A stretch of DNA of 64,000 nt from Octopus vulgaris (lineage: Eukaryota): contig OX597822.1 in NCBI GenBank assembly GCA_951406725.2, forward strand, positions 2,914,001-2,978,000. The letters run 5' to 3'. The position numbers and the translations under genes are program-made. Positions 39,500 to 52,551 of this stretch are shown piece by piece; positions within the stretch are counted from its first letter, which is position 1; the number at the start of each line of letters is the position of its first letter. Below the pieces are notes generated by a model. The model ran no database searches. It was not told the DNA's origin and was given only the letters and a program-made list of their open reading frames with translations.

Positions 39500-40478
39500 G
39501 GCGTGCCTCAAGGTTCAGTGCTTGGGCCCTTGTTGTTCTTGGTCTTCATAAATGACTTGCCCGACGACCCCACGCAACACACCCTTCTATTTGCCGACGA
39601 TATCAAACTGGTCGCTCCTCGCGGTAATATAGAGGATCTTCGTCGATGCCTCCACCAAATTTGGAAGTGGTCTAACGATTGGGACCTGTGTCTGAACGTA
39701 CCAAAGTGCTGTCATCTGCCTGTCGGCTCTACTCCTGCAACCCAACTTGATTTCGAGCCGGGTCGTCTGCTGCTGGAGAGGACCGATCAGGTAAAGGACT
39801 TAGGTATCTTGGTGGATTCCTCCTTTTCGCCTTCGGCCCAGTGCGTCCATGCTGCCAACAAAGCACGCGGAATTCTGTTCGTGATTCGACGGTCATTCGG
39901 AATGCTCACAGCAGCCATATTCCTACCACTCTATGTCACGCTGGTGAGACCCATATTGGAGTATGGGATTCAAGCCTCTTCTCCTTATCTCCTCAAAGAC
40001 ATACAGCATCTCGAAAGGGTCCAGAAGCTGGCTACCCGCATGGTTCATGGTCTCAAAAATTTGTCCTACGAAGAAAGGCTGAGGACGCTCGACCTTTATT
40101 CTCTTGAAAAACGCCGCCGCCGTAGTGATCTCATTCTCGCCCACAACATCATAAGCGGAAAGTGTAACCTCTCGAAAGAGCTGTTCTTCACTCCTGCTCC
40201 AGAGCGTCGGCTGCGGGGTCATTCCGAAAAGCTCTACTTGCGACGATTTCATCTCAATCGAAGGAGAGGAGCTTTCTCCGTCCGGGTTGCGGATCCGTGG
40301 AACAAGCTGCCAGACGAGATGGTGAAGATGCCGACGACCGCTTTGTTCAAAGCCTCCCTGGACCTCAAGTGGCCTGAACTCTTTACATGAACACCACCCT
40401 GTACTTAACTCCATGTCCCCCTACATGGCCTTAATATTTGCTTTTGAGCCAAATTAACTAACTAACTAACTAACTAAC
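39500..40478 (+). mobile_element. 5'-truncated CR1-type LINE; uninterrupted C-terminal 296 aa of the RT ORF (39500-40390), 3' UTR and (TAAC)n tail
   Basis: [57 protein letters not shown] motifs. (TAAC)n at 40455-40478. Inserted in TA/TATG microsatellite. Confidence 0.95.
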
Positions 40479-40493
40479 ATATATATATGTATT

Positions 40494-40608
<115 letters not shown>

Positions 40609-40897
40609 TCACATATTATGTAGATCTCTTCATTTTCTCTCTCTGTAAGCATATATACATACATACACTCATATAATCTATCTATATATTCGTCTTTTAC
40701 GTTCTTGTGTCCGCGTGCGCATGTGTAAAGTATCGTTAATCTCACTCAATTCTCTTTGTCTTTATGCATCAGTCCCTCTGTCTGTATGTCTAACTGTCCC
40801 CTTTGACCTTTTTTCTACTCTTTATTATTTAACAATTGCTCCTTTCCCCTTTTCTGCTTGTCTGCCATCTTCCCGCTTCCTTTCTCACATTTTATCT

Positions 40898-40964
<67 letters not shown>

Positions 40965-41360
40965 TACACCTTTATTCTCGGCCTCCTTAATCGCTGTTAT
41001 CATCCATCTGTCTCTTCCTCTGTCTCTCTGTCAGTTTCTTTTCAACCCCACTCTCCCTCTCTGTCTGTCTGTCTGACTCTCTTTCTCTCTCTCTCGTGTC
41101 TCCTTCCTCCTTTTTTTTGTCTCCTTCCTGAACTACCTAACTCTTCCTTCTACCTCAGACATAGATTATGACTGAAGCGACGTCTGTATGTCACCCCCGC
41201 CTCTGTATATGCATCCCCCACTCTGGTTGCCATCTATATTTCACTTCCCGCGCTCATTTCGTTGTTTCACATCTCCATCAGCCGCCATTCACCTGTCCAC
41301 ACTGACGCTACCGCCTTCCCAAAAAAACTCTTTTGTTTTTCAACTCTAACAACAGCTAGC

Positions 41361-41423
<63 letters not shown>

Positions 41424-41755
41424 TCGTCTGTACCACAACTAGTACCATCCCCATGTCTACTACAACCACCACTAATAATCACATTTCCACTACTACAGCA
41501 TCGACCATTAAAATCGACAAACAGTATCGCAACCATGTTTGTCTGACCTGCTAGAAATAGTAGCCTAATCTCACTGAAAGCACTACTCAACCTTCTTTAA
41601 AATAAGGATTAATATATATGCATTAAACTATGACAGCAAAACGTGATAGCCATAACTTGAATTTCATTAACCTTAAGTCTAGTAATTCAGTAGTATTCTG
41701 GGACTGACACTTCAAGATTGGTTTTCTACTTTTCGTACTTTAGAGAATGGCAAGT

Positions 41756-42195
41756 GGATCTTATCGGTTTGAATGGCAGTTTTTTCTAGCGGTGTCATAT
41801 GAAATTGTCACCAATAATTATGACCCTAGAATCGATCTATTGCATTTCAATCTCTTTCAGGGTTAGGGTTATTTAGGGTTAGGGTTAGGGTTTGGGATGG
41901 GGGGAAGGGTATCTTTTTTTCTTCAGAAATGTAAATAAACCCAATCTGTTTCTCAAACGAGGGACATATTCATACGGCACAGAATGCTTTTTACCTCAAT
42001 ACACGCCATTAATTGGTTGAAATTACAGAAATTGAAGAAAAAACAACAACAAATATCTTACAAACTATAGAATTTTCTGAATAAAGTCAAGAGAAAAAGA
42101 TGTTTTATAAACACATTCTACCAGTATACGAAGTTTAAGATTGTTTAGTTACCTAGAAATTATGTTAAAAACTGCCGTTCAAACCGAAAGGATCC
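41756..42195. mobile_element. Merlin-like MITE with 8-bp TSD
   Basis: Same TIRs, TSD TGGCAAGT at 41748-41755 and 42196-42203, internal GGGTTA repeats. Confidence 0.88.
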
Positions 42196-42911
42196 TGGCA
42201 AGTTTGCAAACACCTCTCTTCATATTTTGAAAATAATAATGGGAGTGAAGCAGATTATTTTAATCTAACAGAATTTCGTGTAGCGGTTTATTATCCACAT
42301 GTTCTTTTATTGTAGAAAAAAAATCACACAATGAGAGCGCAAATACAAATGGAAGAAATGAAATGTTCTGTTCCTTAGCTATCCAATCTATAGTATATGC
42401 AGTTTCGGTGCTAAGGATAGCACTGCTTAACCTTAGTTTAGTGTATAGGAGAAAGTAATTGTTGGTTGAGTTCGTAGATGAAAAATGCGATAGGTGAATG
42501 ACAGTAGAAAAGAGAAGGACACGGAGGCTGGTAAATATCACAGTCCAAAGCGTGGAACTGAGAATGGGAGGAAAGGATGGTGGTGCAGAAGTGTAAATAT
42601 GAAGACTGGACAAAAATGAACTCAGTCGATGTGGGTAGAATAGCCGGATGAGTTGGGGTGACAACAGAAACTTTGTAGGATGGAGTGGTGGTTAAAGCTG
42701 CGACCAAAACAACAACAACAACAACAACAATAATGATGATGATGATTTCATTTATTTGCCACAAGGGCGAAGGATAAGGGGGACAATGCAGAGACAGACA
42801 TAAAGTTTGTAGGTTTACATATAATGAAAGGAAAAGCAAGTATACACGGAATGCACAAAAAAAAGAAGGGACATACGCATGGCATACAAAAATATTTTAA
42901 AGTATTAATAA

Positions 42912-43305
42912 CTAGCAGTATCGCCCAGAATTGCTTGGGTTTGTCTCGACCCTTTAGAATTGGAAATTTTGAAAAGTAAAAATTTTGCATTATGTAGCTT
43001 GTTATTCTCTTTAAGTGAACACTTTTCTGGTTGAAATACACCGAAAAATGGCGACACAGCAGTAAAAAAAATCGTAAAAAATAGGAATTTTCATAGCAAA
43101 AAAAGCACCTTTTTGATGTAAACAATTTTTTGTGTTAACATGGTCCGATTTGAATTTTTTCTTCTATGGAAGGAAGAGCAAGCATTCTTCTATCATACTT
43201 TCAATTTTGGTAAACTTGCGCCGCAGGGTCTCGGAGGAGATAGTGTTAGTTGAAGGCTACCAAACCTGCCACACACAGACAACTTCAGCTTTATATATAG
43301 AGAGA
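42912..43305 (-). mobile_element. Non-autonomous Helitron
   Basis: Minus strand starts TC(TC)nTATATATAAAG and ends with an imperfect GC-rich hairpin plus CTAG, between A and T. Confidence 0.75.
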
Positions 43306-43781
43306 TAATATGGCTAAAATAGCGGATCTTTGTGTATTCGAGAGTTGTAAGGACGTGTGGTACCAAACAGGAATCAAAAACTTCGAGAAACCGTTCGATG
43401 CAAGGATTCAGCTCGTGGAAGAAAAGTATGAGTCTTACTGTAACGTAATAAGACTTTGGCAAACGTTTAGCACTGTACAATAAGGAGAACCTGTGGCAAT
43501 ACAATTACATTGTTTCGATTTTGTAATGTAATATTCAAAAGTTTTTGAGTACAAGAACACGTACGGAGTATATAATTATACCATGTGAGAGAAAGGGAAG
43601 AAAATTACACGCTTCGGAAAGTCGTTCTTCGTCAAAAGCAGAAAATAATAAAACGAAAGGACGAAATAAGCTTAACTGCAAAGTAGTCAAAGTAAGAAAA
43701 GTATGGTGAATGCCGAGTAAAAGTAAGAAACCTGTTGATTGAATGTATTTGGCAGTTAAAAGGTTGAAGTTGGAAGGAAGT

Positions 43782-43826
<45 letters not shown>

Positions 43827-43869
43827 AAGCATATAGACTGTGCATATTATGTTGTGCGCGCGTGTATGT

Positions 43870-43926
<57 letters not shown>

Positions 43927-43927
<1 letters not shown>

Positions 43928-44346
43928 TTTCATTTGTTTCAGTCATTTGACTTCAGCCAAACTGGAGCACCGCCTTGAAGTTTTTTGTCGAACAATTAAA
44001 CCCCACGACTTATTTTCAAGCCTAGTATTTATTCTATCGATATGTTCGCCGAACAGCTAAGTTACGGGAAGGTAAACACACCAACACCGGTTGCCAAGCG
44101 ATGATGGGGGACAAACACAGACTCAAAGACACAGACACATTGATACAGACAGACAGACACACACTCACAAACACACACACACACACATATAACGGGGTTT
44201 TTGAGTTTCCGCCTACCAAATCCACCCATAAGGCTTTGGTCGGGCCAAGGCTATTGTAGGAGACCCTTGCCCAATATGCCACGCACTGGGATTTAACCCG
44301 GAACCATTCAGTTAGGAAGCAAGCTTCTTACACAGCTACGCCTGCA
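43927..44346 (-). mobile_element. SINE family A, diverged
   Basis: Reverse-complement similarity to 48887-49298. Confidence 0.8.
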
Positions 44347-44685
44347 TCTTTATAGTCAGGGTTGCTAGAGAAGGACAATATTTTTTAATTGTAGCTACTT
44401 CGGTCGTATATAGTCAGAAAAATCAATTGTTGTTCACGATGCAAGCAGGAAACAGCGGGTCTTCGGTGTAAATCAACTCCCGTGATAGCGAGATGCACGT
44501 AGATATGGTCGGGTGGGGATTAAAGTGAACGGGTACTAGTAGGAGTCATTGGGTGTTTGTTTCATTGGAAATCTAAAAGCTGGCTACAGATCGCCGGCGA
44601 ACACTTGGTGTCTCCAACATACAACATAGCTTTCTTTGCAGTTGAATAACACACGTGCTGGTACTAGTGAACCGAACGATGCCGT

Positions 44686-45446
44686 CAGGGCCGGATTAAG
44701 ACTTACAGAGGCCCTAAGCACTCGAAAGATTTTGGTACCCCCATATATATTTAATTCGAAAGATAAACAATAATAAACCATGAAATATATTTTTATTATT
44801 CAGAATGAAACAAAAGTAACAGTAAGATAGAAAATAATGTTTATTTTGGTATACTTCCGCTTTAAATATATTTTTTAAAAATTTCTTTAATTTTTTAATT
44901 GCAAAGCCTTTGATTAGATCTTCAATGTGACACTATGAACACTTCGAAATTATATTGCTAGTCATATGAACCACTTCGAATATCATTTAAGCAATTATAA
45001 AGTGATTGCATTATTTACATTATTTATATTTGATGGATTTTTGTCCCCATCTTGTTTGTTGTTAACACAACGTTTCGGCTGATATACCTTCCAGCCTCCT
45101 TCAGGTACCTTTGGGAAATTTCGAACCTGGGTTCTCATTCCTAAGGTAAATTTTCGATGTTATTATTATTATTAGTATTATTAATGTTCAGGTCACTGCT
45201 TGGAATCGAATTCGGAATCTTGGAGTTATGAGCCCGCGCTCTTAACAGCTACGCCGTATGCCCATATTGAATGTAAATAATGTAAATAATGTATGTAAAT
45301 AATGCACATAATTCCTCATCTCTTAAATATAGAACTGCATAAAGTGATTTCTTTTGTGCCATAAACCATTTACCGTTTCTGTGGTGTCTCCTTCCCTTGA
45401 TACCCTAAGCACGTGCTTATGTGGCTTAATGGTTAATCCATCGCTG
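44686..45446. mobile_element. Non-autonomous hAT-like DNA transposon containing a nested insertion
   Basis: TIR CAGGGCCGGATTAA versus degenerate TTAATCCATCGCTG. 8-bp flanks GATGCCGT and GGTGCCAT (6/8 identical). Subterminal CCCTAAGCAC at both ends. Confidence 0.7.
45008..45338 (-). mobile_element. Composite short element: tRNA-derived head, hammerhead-like motif and inverted 3'-end duplication
   Basis: 11-bp TSD ATAAAGTGATT at 44997-45007 and 45339-45349. tRNA-like A/B boxes at 45263-45189. Motif AC-CTGAAGG-A-GGCTG..CAGCC-GAAA-CG-TT-GT at 45108-45065. Confidence 0.65.
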
Positions 45447-45750
45447 GGTGCCATGAATATATAATTTAGATCCATGTAGCATGGTTATGTAGGGAATGTA
45501 GGAAAGGATTCTGGTTGCTTGTGACGAAGCTGTGAAGAGAGTTTTGGTTAGATTGTTTTATATATTGTGCGAACGTCTAAAGAAAAATTAAAAAAAAAAA
45601 ACGTTTCAGGAAAAACATCGGAAGGTCTTCTGTCTGAAATACTGATTTTTTTCTCTCTCTCACGATTTGATTCCTTTAAGCGTAATTGAATCTTTTGTGT
45701 CCATGTTACTTTTGCTGTTTTCCTCGAGGCTTTTTGCATGTCTTATGTAC

Positions 45751-45860
<110 letters not shown>

Positions 45861-45908
45861 ATATATATATGCGTGTATATATATATACATATATATACAT
45901 ATGTATAC

Positions 45909-45959
<51 letters not shown>

Positions 45960-45995
45960 CACACACACAGATATATGTATATATATATGTATGTT

Positions 45996-46040
<45 letters not shown>

Positions 46041-46838
46041 ATTTATATTTATATATATATATGCATACATATATCTATATGTTGTTATATTGTGTATTTG
46101 TATCGCGTATTCATATCATGTTTGTGTGTGTGTGTGTGTTCGCGCGTTGTGTATGTGCGTGTGTGTGTGTGTAGTACTTGTGTTTATATGTGTGCCCATG
46201 CGGGTACTTGTGCATATGTATGTGTGTATGTGTGTGTCTGAGTGTAAGTGTATGTCTCTAGGAGCATGCGTATGTCAAGGAGCGTGTCTCTGTGTATATG
46301 TGTGTGTGTGTGTGTGTGTGAGTGTGTACGTGTGCGCGCGCGCGCGCGCGTGTGTGTGCATGTGCGCGCGCGTATGTACGTGTGTATGTGTGAGTAAAGG
46401 AGCGCGCGTATCGCAGCTTAGATGAACGTGTCAAACGTTTTTATGTCAGCGTAACATTTTCAGAACCGATCAATATTTCCATTCCACAGTCTACCCAAAC
46501 ATCATTCTAGGGTACTACTGATACAGAACGACTTTATCTCTGGCACCCTGTCTGTCTGTCTGTCTATTTGTTTGTCTGTCGGTCTGTCCCTTTCTCTGTC
46601 TCTTTCCCCATCTCTCTTTCCCACTCCCTCCCCCTCTCCCTAGGGAATTATAGATCTAATAATACTCTGTGAATTATAAAGTGTATTTCTTGCTTTCCTC
46701 TGTAAATACACAAACAAACGCGCGCATGCGCACACATGCACACACGCTCCCATTTAACCATTTAAATATAGGTAGGTAGACATTAGACAGGCTGCTACAT
46801 GTATTTATATTATATATACACACCTTTATAGATACATA

Positions 46839-46875
<37 letters not shown>

Positions 46876-46884
46876 ATATATACT

Positions 46885-47291
46885 CTCTTTTACTCTTTTA
46901 CTTGTTTCAGTCATTTGACTGCGGCTATGATGGAGCACCGCCTTTAGTCGAGCAAATCGACCCCAGGTCTTATTCTTTGTAAGCCAAGTACTTATTCTAT
47001 CGGTCTCTTATGCCGAACCGCTAGGTGACGGGGATGTAAACACACCAGCATCGGTTGTCAAGCAATGCTAGGGGGACAAACACAGACACACAAACATACA
47101 CACACACATATATATATATACATATATACGACGGGCTTCTTTCAGTTTCCGTCTACCAAATCCACTCACAAGGCTTTGGTTGGCCCGAGGCTATAGTAGA
47201 AGACACTTGCCCAAGATGCCACGCAGTGGGACTGAACCCGGAACCATGTGGTTCGTAAGCAAGCTACTTACCACACAGCCACTCCTGCGCC
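46885..47291 (-). mobile_element. SINE family A, full length
   Basis: Highly similar reverse complement of 48887-49298. Confidence 0.92.
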
Positions 47292-47556
47292 TACATATTT
47301 ATATATATATATGTATATATATATTTCTTTATTGCCCACAGCAGGCTAAACATAGAGGGGACAAACAAGGTCAGACAAACGGATTAAGTCGATTACATTG
47401 GCTCCAGTACGTAACTGGTACTTATTTAATCGATCTCGAAAGGATGAAAGGCAAAGTCGACCTCAGCGGAATTTCAACTCAGAACGTAACGGCAGACGAA
47501 ATACGGCTACGCATTTCGCCCGGCGTGCTAACGATTCTGCAAGCTCACTGCCATTC

Positions 47557-48168
<612 letters not shown>

Positions 48169-48886
48169 TATATAAATAATATATATATATATATATATAT
48201 AATTAACGAAAACAATCTCTTACCGTTAATGTTGAACATATCGTATATGGAACCTCCACTTGTAGAAAATGGAAATAAACCGTCTTTGACTGCCATTTCT
48301 AATTCCTTCGGTATGCGGCGGAGCAACCTGTTGCCTGCCCTTTTAATTATATTTACTATATATACTGAACTCTACAGAAGTTCCTGACGCTAATAGTCAT
48401 ATTTACATACCGAAATTTACCGGTAAATATTTGTTGGTTGTACGAGAAACCACGGAAAAATTATTTACCCTTTTTATTATATATATATATATACGTTTAA
48501 ATATTTAAATATTTGTTGTGCAAATATATATATACAAACACGCAGGTGTGTATGTGATTTCGCATGTGTGTGTATCGGTCAGGTGTCCATAATTCAGGAT
48601 TCTAAAAGAAATTTAGGACTGCTATATTTAATGTAGTCGAGTGGTATCTCCGTAGTTATGTCAGAAAATTACCATTGGTTACATGTCTGCTGGTGCACTG
48701 GACAATGTAGGCCACTCATCAGACATGCTGGCCTGAAGCACTTAGCCTCTGTATCTTTACCTCTATTAGTAAAGAGGTTTACGTGCTTGCCGACCAGCGG
48801 CTCTGCTGAGTCGCCTATATTGCCTGGTTTAATAGTCGAGGTGAAACCAACTGGATATACTACTCGTCTACATAAATACACACACA

Positions 48887-49295
48887 GGCGCAGGAGTGGC
48901 TGTGTGGTAAGTAGCTTGCTTACCAACCACATGGTTCCGGGTTCATTCCCACTGCGTGGCAACTTGGGCAAGTGTCTTCTACTATAGCCTCGGGCTGAAC
49001 AAAGCCTTGTGAGTGAATTTGATAGACGGAAACTGAAAGAAGCCCATCGTATATATGTATATATATATGTGTATGCGTGGGCATATGTTTGTGTGTCTGT
49101 GTTTTTCCCCCCAGCATCGCTTGACAACCGATGCTGGTGTGTTTACGTCCCCGTAACTTAGCGGTTCGGCAAAAGAGACCGATAGAATAAGTACAAGGCT
49201 TCCAAAGAATAAATCATGGGGTCGATTTGCCCGACTAAAGGCGGTGCTCCAGCATGGTCGCAGTCAAATGACTGAAACAAGTAAAAGAGTAAAAG

Positions 49296-49298
<3 letters not shown>
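48887..49298 (+). mobile_element. SINE family A, full length (reference copy)
   Basis: tRNA-like head GGCGCAGGAGTGGCTGTGTGGTAAG...GGGTTCATTCCC, CORE-like TTGGGCAAGT, AGTAAAAG tandem tail. About 20 full or partial copies in the window, e.g. 5690-5870, 10411-10560, 10720-10990, 30330-30490, 32180-32515, 38200-38555, 50730-50930, 53715-54100, 57740-57945. Confidence 0.93.
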
Positions 49299-49382
<84 letters not shown>

Positions 49383-50064
49383 GCTTAGAAGCCGTACTTT
49401 TAGGCTCGCTCCTGCGGACGGCTAACTGAGCCTCGTTAGTGTTTGATCAGGGGTTAAGGACGGATGAGAATTAATTCTATGATGCAATCATTCTATGGTT
49501 CCAGTCTCAAGCAGAATTCCAAATATTGGTCAATTTGTCGCAAAGTTCTAATCTCGACGTAAAATTAACGAAGCGAATGTCATTCATCTCCTCCTTCATA
49601 TCTGACCTCATCTGACAAACGCCTACCAAGATGGCGTGAACCAGCCAAGCTTTACCTGCTAGAAATAGCAACCCAAATGTTTTAAAATTAGATCTCAATG
49701 CTGGAAGTTTAAGAACCAAATGAAGGACAAATTTTCAATCTCGGGATCATCTTGATTTCAAAAGATATAATATGCCTATGTAGACCCCGAGATACAGGGT
49801 CCCAGACGAAACAGAGATAATTTCAATTTTATCAATTTAGATGATGACTGTCCACTCGTGACCGAGGAAGACCATCAGTGAACTGTAAGGACATTGAGTA
49901 CTTAGAAAAAATTATACGTTACCCTTGCGAATCTGTTGGTGACTAATGACCACACGTATACCAATATATACGATCAGGTGACAATTCGTTCTCTCAAGAA
50001 AGTCTTCCCAGCACATTTTGCATGCTAACGTAACATCACTGAGACAAGTAAATACATTTAAGTA

Positions 50065-50407
50065 TTGGGTTGTCCGGAAAGTTCGTGCCCGTTTATAGTA
50101 GCTTACCTTTCGACTTATTTTAGAACATGGTTGAGTCCATAAAATAGGATTTGACTACACCTCTATTTAGAGCACAGTTTAAGCTATCTTTTCATGGAAG
50201 TAGGTTTATGTTCCTGTAATCTGTGTTAATTCTGTAACCCTTTAAAATGGAAGATAAGAAAGTTCATTTTCGGCACTTGATGCTTTGGGAACCAGACAAA
50301 ACTGGCTGCAGCTCGGCTGGGATGTGTTACCCCACCCTCCGTATTCACCACATATTACTCCTTCGGATTTCCACTTATTCAGGTCTCTGCAGAATAGTAT
50401 TAATGGA
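50065..50407 (+). mobile_element. Internally deleted, 3'-truncated mariner (second family)
   Basis: TA plus TTGGGTTGTCCGGAAAGTTCG left TIR. ATG at 50247 gives MEDKKVHFRHLMLWE, joined out of frame to LQLGWDVLPHPPYSPHITPSDFHLFRSLQN. Confidence 0.9.
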
Positions 50408-50554
50408 TGTAGGAAGCTGAATTGGATGGCAGAATCTTCAATTCAGTTTTCGCGTCTATCCTTAGATATGGTCATGAATGTTGAAAGGGTACGGTCGCGA
50501 ACACAATTAGCTGAAAGGTAATTCGAAAGGGTTCGGGTATCAACATGTCATTCC

Positions 50555-50714
50555 AGGTCGAGCCCGATACTTTTCCGTATTGAGAAGTCTCAGTTTCGGT
50601 ACTATGGACATGTGATTAGATTGTCGCAGAAAAGAACCGCTAAATGGATTCTTTAAGCCGAGACAGCCGGCAGGAGACCCAGGAGTAGACCAAGAATGAG
50701 ATGACTGGATAATC
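50555..50714 (+). mobile_element. RTE-clade LINE C-terminal fragment
   Basis: PILFRIEKSQFRYYGHVIRLSQKRTAKWIL*AETAGRRPRSRPRMR*LDN matches the RTE pattern LRWxGHVxR...GxRPRGRPRxRW. Confidence 0.8.
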
Positions 50715-50924
50715 TTATCTTTTATATTTTATATGCTTCGGTCATTAAACTGCGGTCGTGCTGGGGCGTCGCTTTGGAGCGCCGCTTTGAATTCTCCGTC
50801 GAATGAATCGCCCCCACTACTTATTTTTTAAAGTCTGGTACTTATTCTATCGCTCCCTTTTGCCGAACAGATAAGTTACAGGGACGCAAACACACCAGCA
50901 AAACTGTCAAGCGGTAGTGGAAGG

Positions 50925-50986
<62 letters not shown>

Positions 50987-51153
50987 GCATCCACGTACGT
51001 GGAAACACCCAAGTAGGAAGTCACAAAGAAATAAATATTGTTCGATATTCATCACCATTTGTTTATCTGACCTTAATATCTTTCAGACCATAATTGATTA
51101 CTGACTAATAAGACTTCGTAGAGTTGAGACCTTTCGTTGAGTTGAGGCCTTTC

Positions 51154-51168
51154 CCACCAGATGGCGCT
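51154..51168 (+). promoter_or_regulatory. Candidate CTCF binding motif
   Basis: CCACCAGATGGCGCT matches the bilaterian CTCF core CCASYAGRKGGCRS. Confidence 0.55.
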
Positions 51169-51254
51169 CTCTATAGTACAACATCGTTTGCAGAGTTCGT
51201 GAACTTTAGCTTCATAAACTAACGCTATCGTTATAAAACTTGGTAGATTTGTTA

Positions 51255-51350
51255 ACTAAATAAATACGTTAATAAACATGGCGGCTACTAAATAAATATC
51301 TTTGTAAATATGGTGGCTACTAAATAAATATGTTAATAAACATGGTGGCT
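51255..51350 (+). repeat. 3 x 32-bp tandem repeat containing YY1/PHO-like and forkhead-like motifs
   Basis: ACTAAATAAATACGTTAATAAACATGGCGGCT / ACTAAATAAATATCTTTGTAAATATGGTGGCT / ACTAAATAAATATGTTAATAAACATGGTGGCT. Confidence 0.85.
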
Positions 51351-51804
51351 ATATCTTCCACCCACATACGCGCGCAGACACACAAGCTTCTTGGGAAAAA
51401 GCACGTGTTCTTGCGGGTAATCGTTCATAACGATGATGGTGATAATGATGGTATTATTGGCTTGTAGTGGTGGTGGTGATGGTAGATGTAATGGTGGTGG
51501 TAATTGTGATGGTGGTGAACTGGTGGTTATTTTCTGTTTTGTGTGTATACGACTGATTTGTGTATACAGGTACTTCAGTGTACTACACACACACACATGC
51601 AAACACACACGCACATGCGTACATACACACCCATACACACTCTTGAATCATAAGTTGCTGCTAATGTGCAGAGTAGGATACCAAAAATAGTTGTTTCGAA
51701 TTTTGGCCCAAGGCCAGCAATGAGAAAGAGGCCTTGAAGCAATGATCTCTGCAGTATTTGAACTAAATTCCCGTCGTATATACATATATATATATATATA
51801 TATA

Positions 51805-52187
51805 CTAGCAGTATCGCCCGGCGTTGCTCAGGTTTGTAAGGGAAATAACTATAAAGCATTTTTAGAGAGTTATGGCCAAAAAATAGCAAAAAAATGGAAA
51901 AAAAATGATGGTAAATTTTTTTCGAGAGTTAAAAAAGGTGGAGTTGCGTCCCCTAGACGGTCTGTGGTTTGGGTTTCTGATTCTCGACCCCATGTCGAAT
52001 TTATCGATTTTTTTCAGAACTGGGGGAACTTTTCAAAATTTTCGCTGCGTTAGTTTTGAATTATGACATTGGGCTATGTGTGTGTCAAGTTTCATCAGAA
52101 TCGGTTGAAAGCCGTGGTCAGAGTGAGGGTACGAGAAAACAGACACACAGAAACACGCACAGACAAACTGCCGTTTATATATATAGA
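51805..52187 (-). mobile_element. Non-autonomous Helitron (second family)
   Basis: Minus strand TCTATATATATAAAC...CCTGAGCAACGCCGGGCGATACTGCTAG; 3' end shared with 42912-43305. Confidence 0.78.
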
Positions 52188-52227
52188 TATATATATATAT
52201 ATATATATGCGTGGTGTGTGTGTGTAT

Positions 52228-52551
52228 AAAGACCGCCTTCGGTCATGAATGACCATGGGATTACACCTAGAAACTTCCCCTCCAGGGCGCAAGTCCGGGC
52301 AAGGTTGTTTATGGATGACCAGCAGTCGCTCATGCATACCAGCCCCACCCTCTAGACGCCACTGATATTATCCAAAGGAAAGGCAAAGGCCAATACAGCT
52401 TGGCACTAGTGACGTAGCAACTTATATTTACAGCTGAGTGGTTTGGAGCAACATGAGATCAAGTGATTGCTCAAGAACACAACGCATAGTCCGGTCCAGG
52501 AATCTAACTCACTACCTCATGATTGTGAACCCAAAGCTCTAACCACTGGGC
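52228..52551 (-). mobile_element. SINE family C
   Basis: Reverse-complement match to 56403-56741. Confidence 0.85.

Noticed and set aside
39923-40414. 163-aa antisense ORF
   Set aside because: Shadow of the CR1 reverse transcriptase frame.
51255-51350. 32-bp repeats as a CRISPR-like array
   Set aside because: Head-to-tail with no spacers, eukaryotic context, no cas genes.
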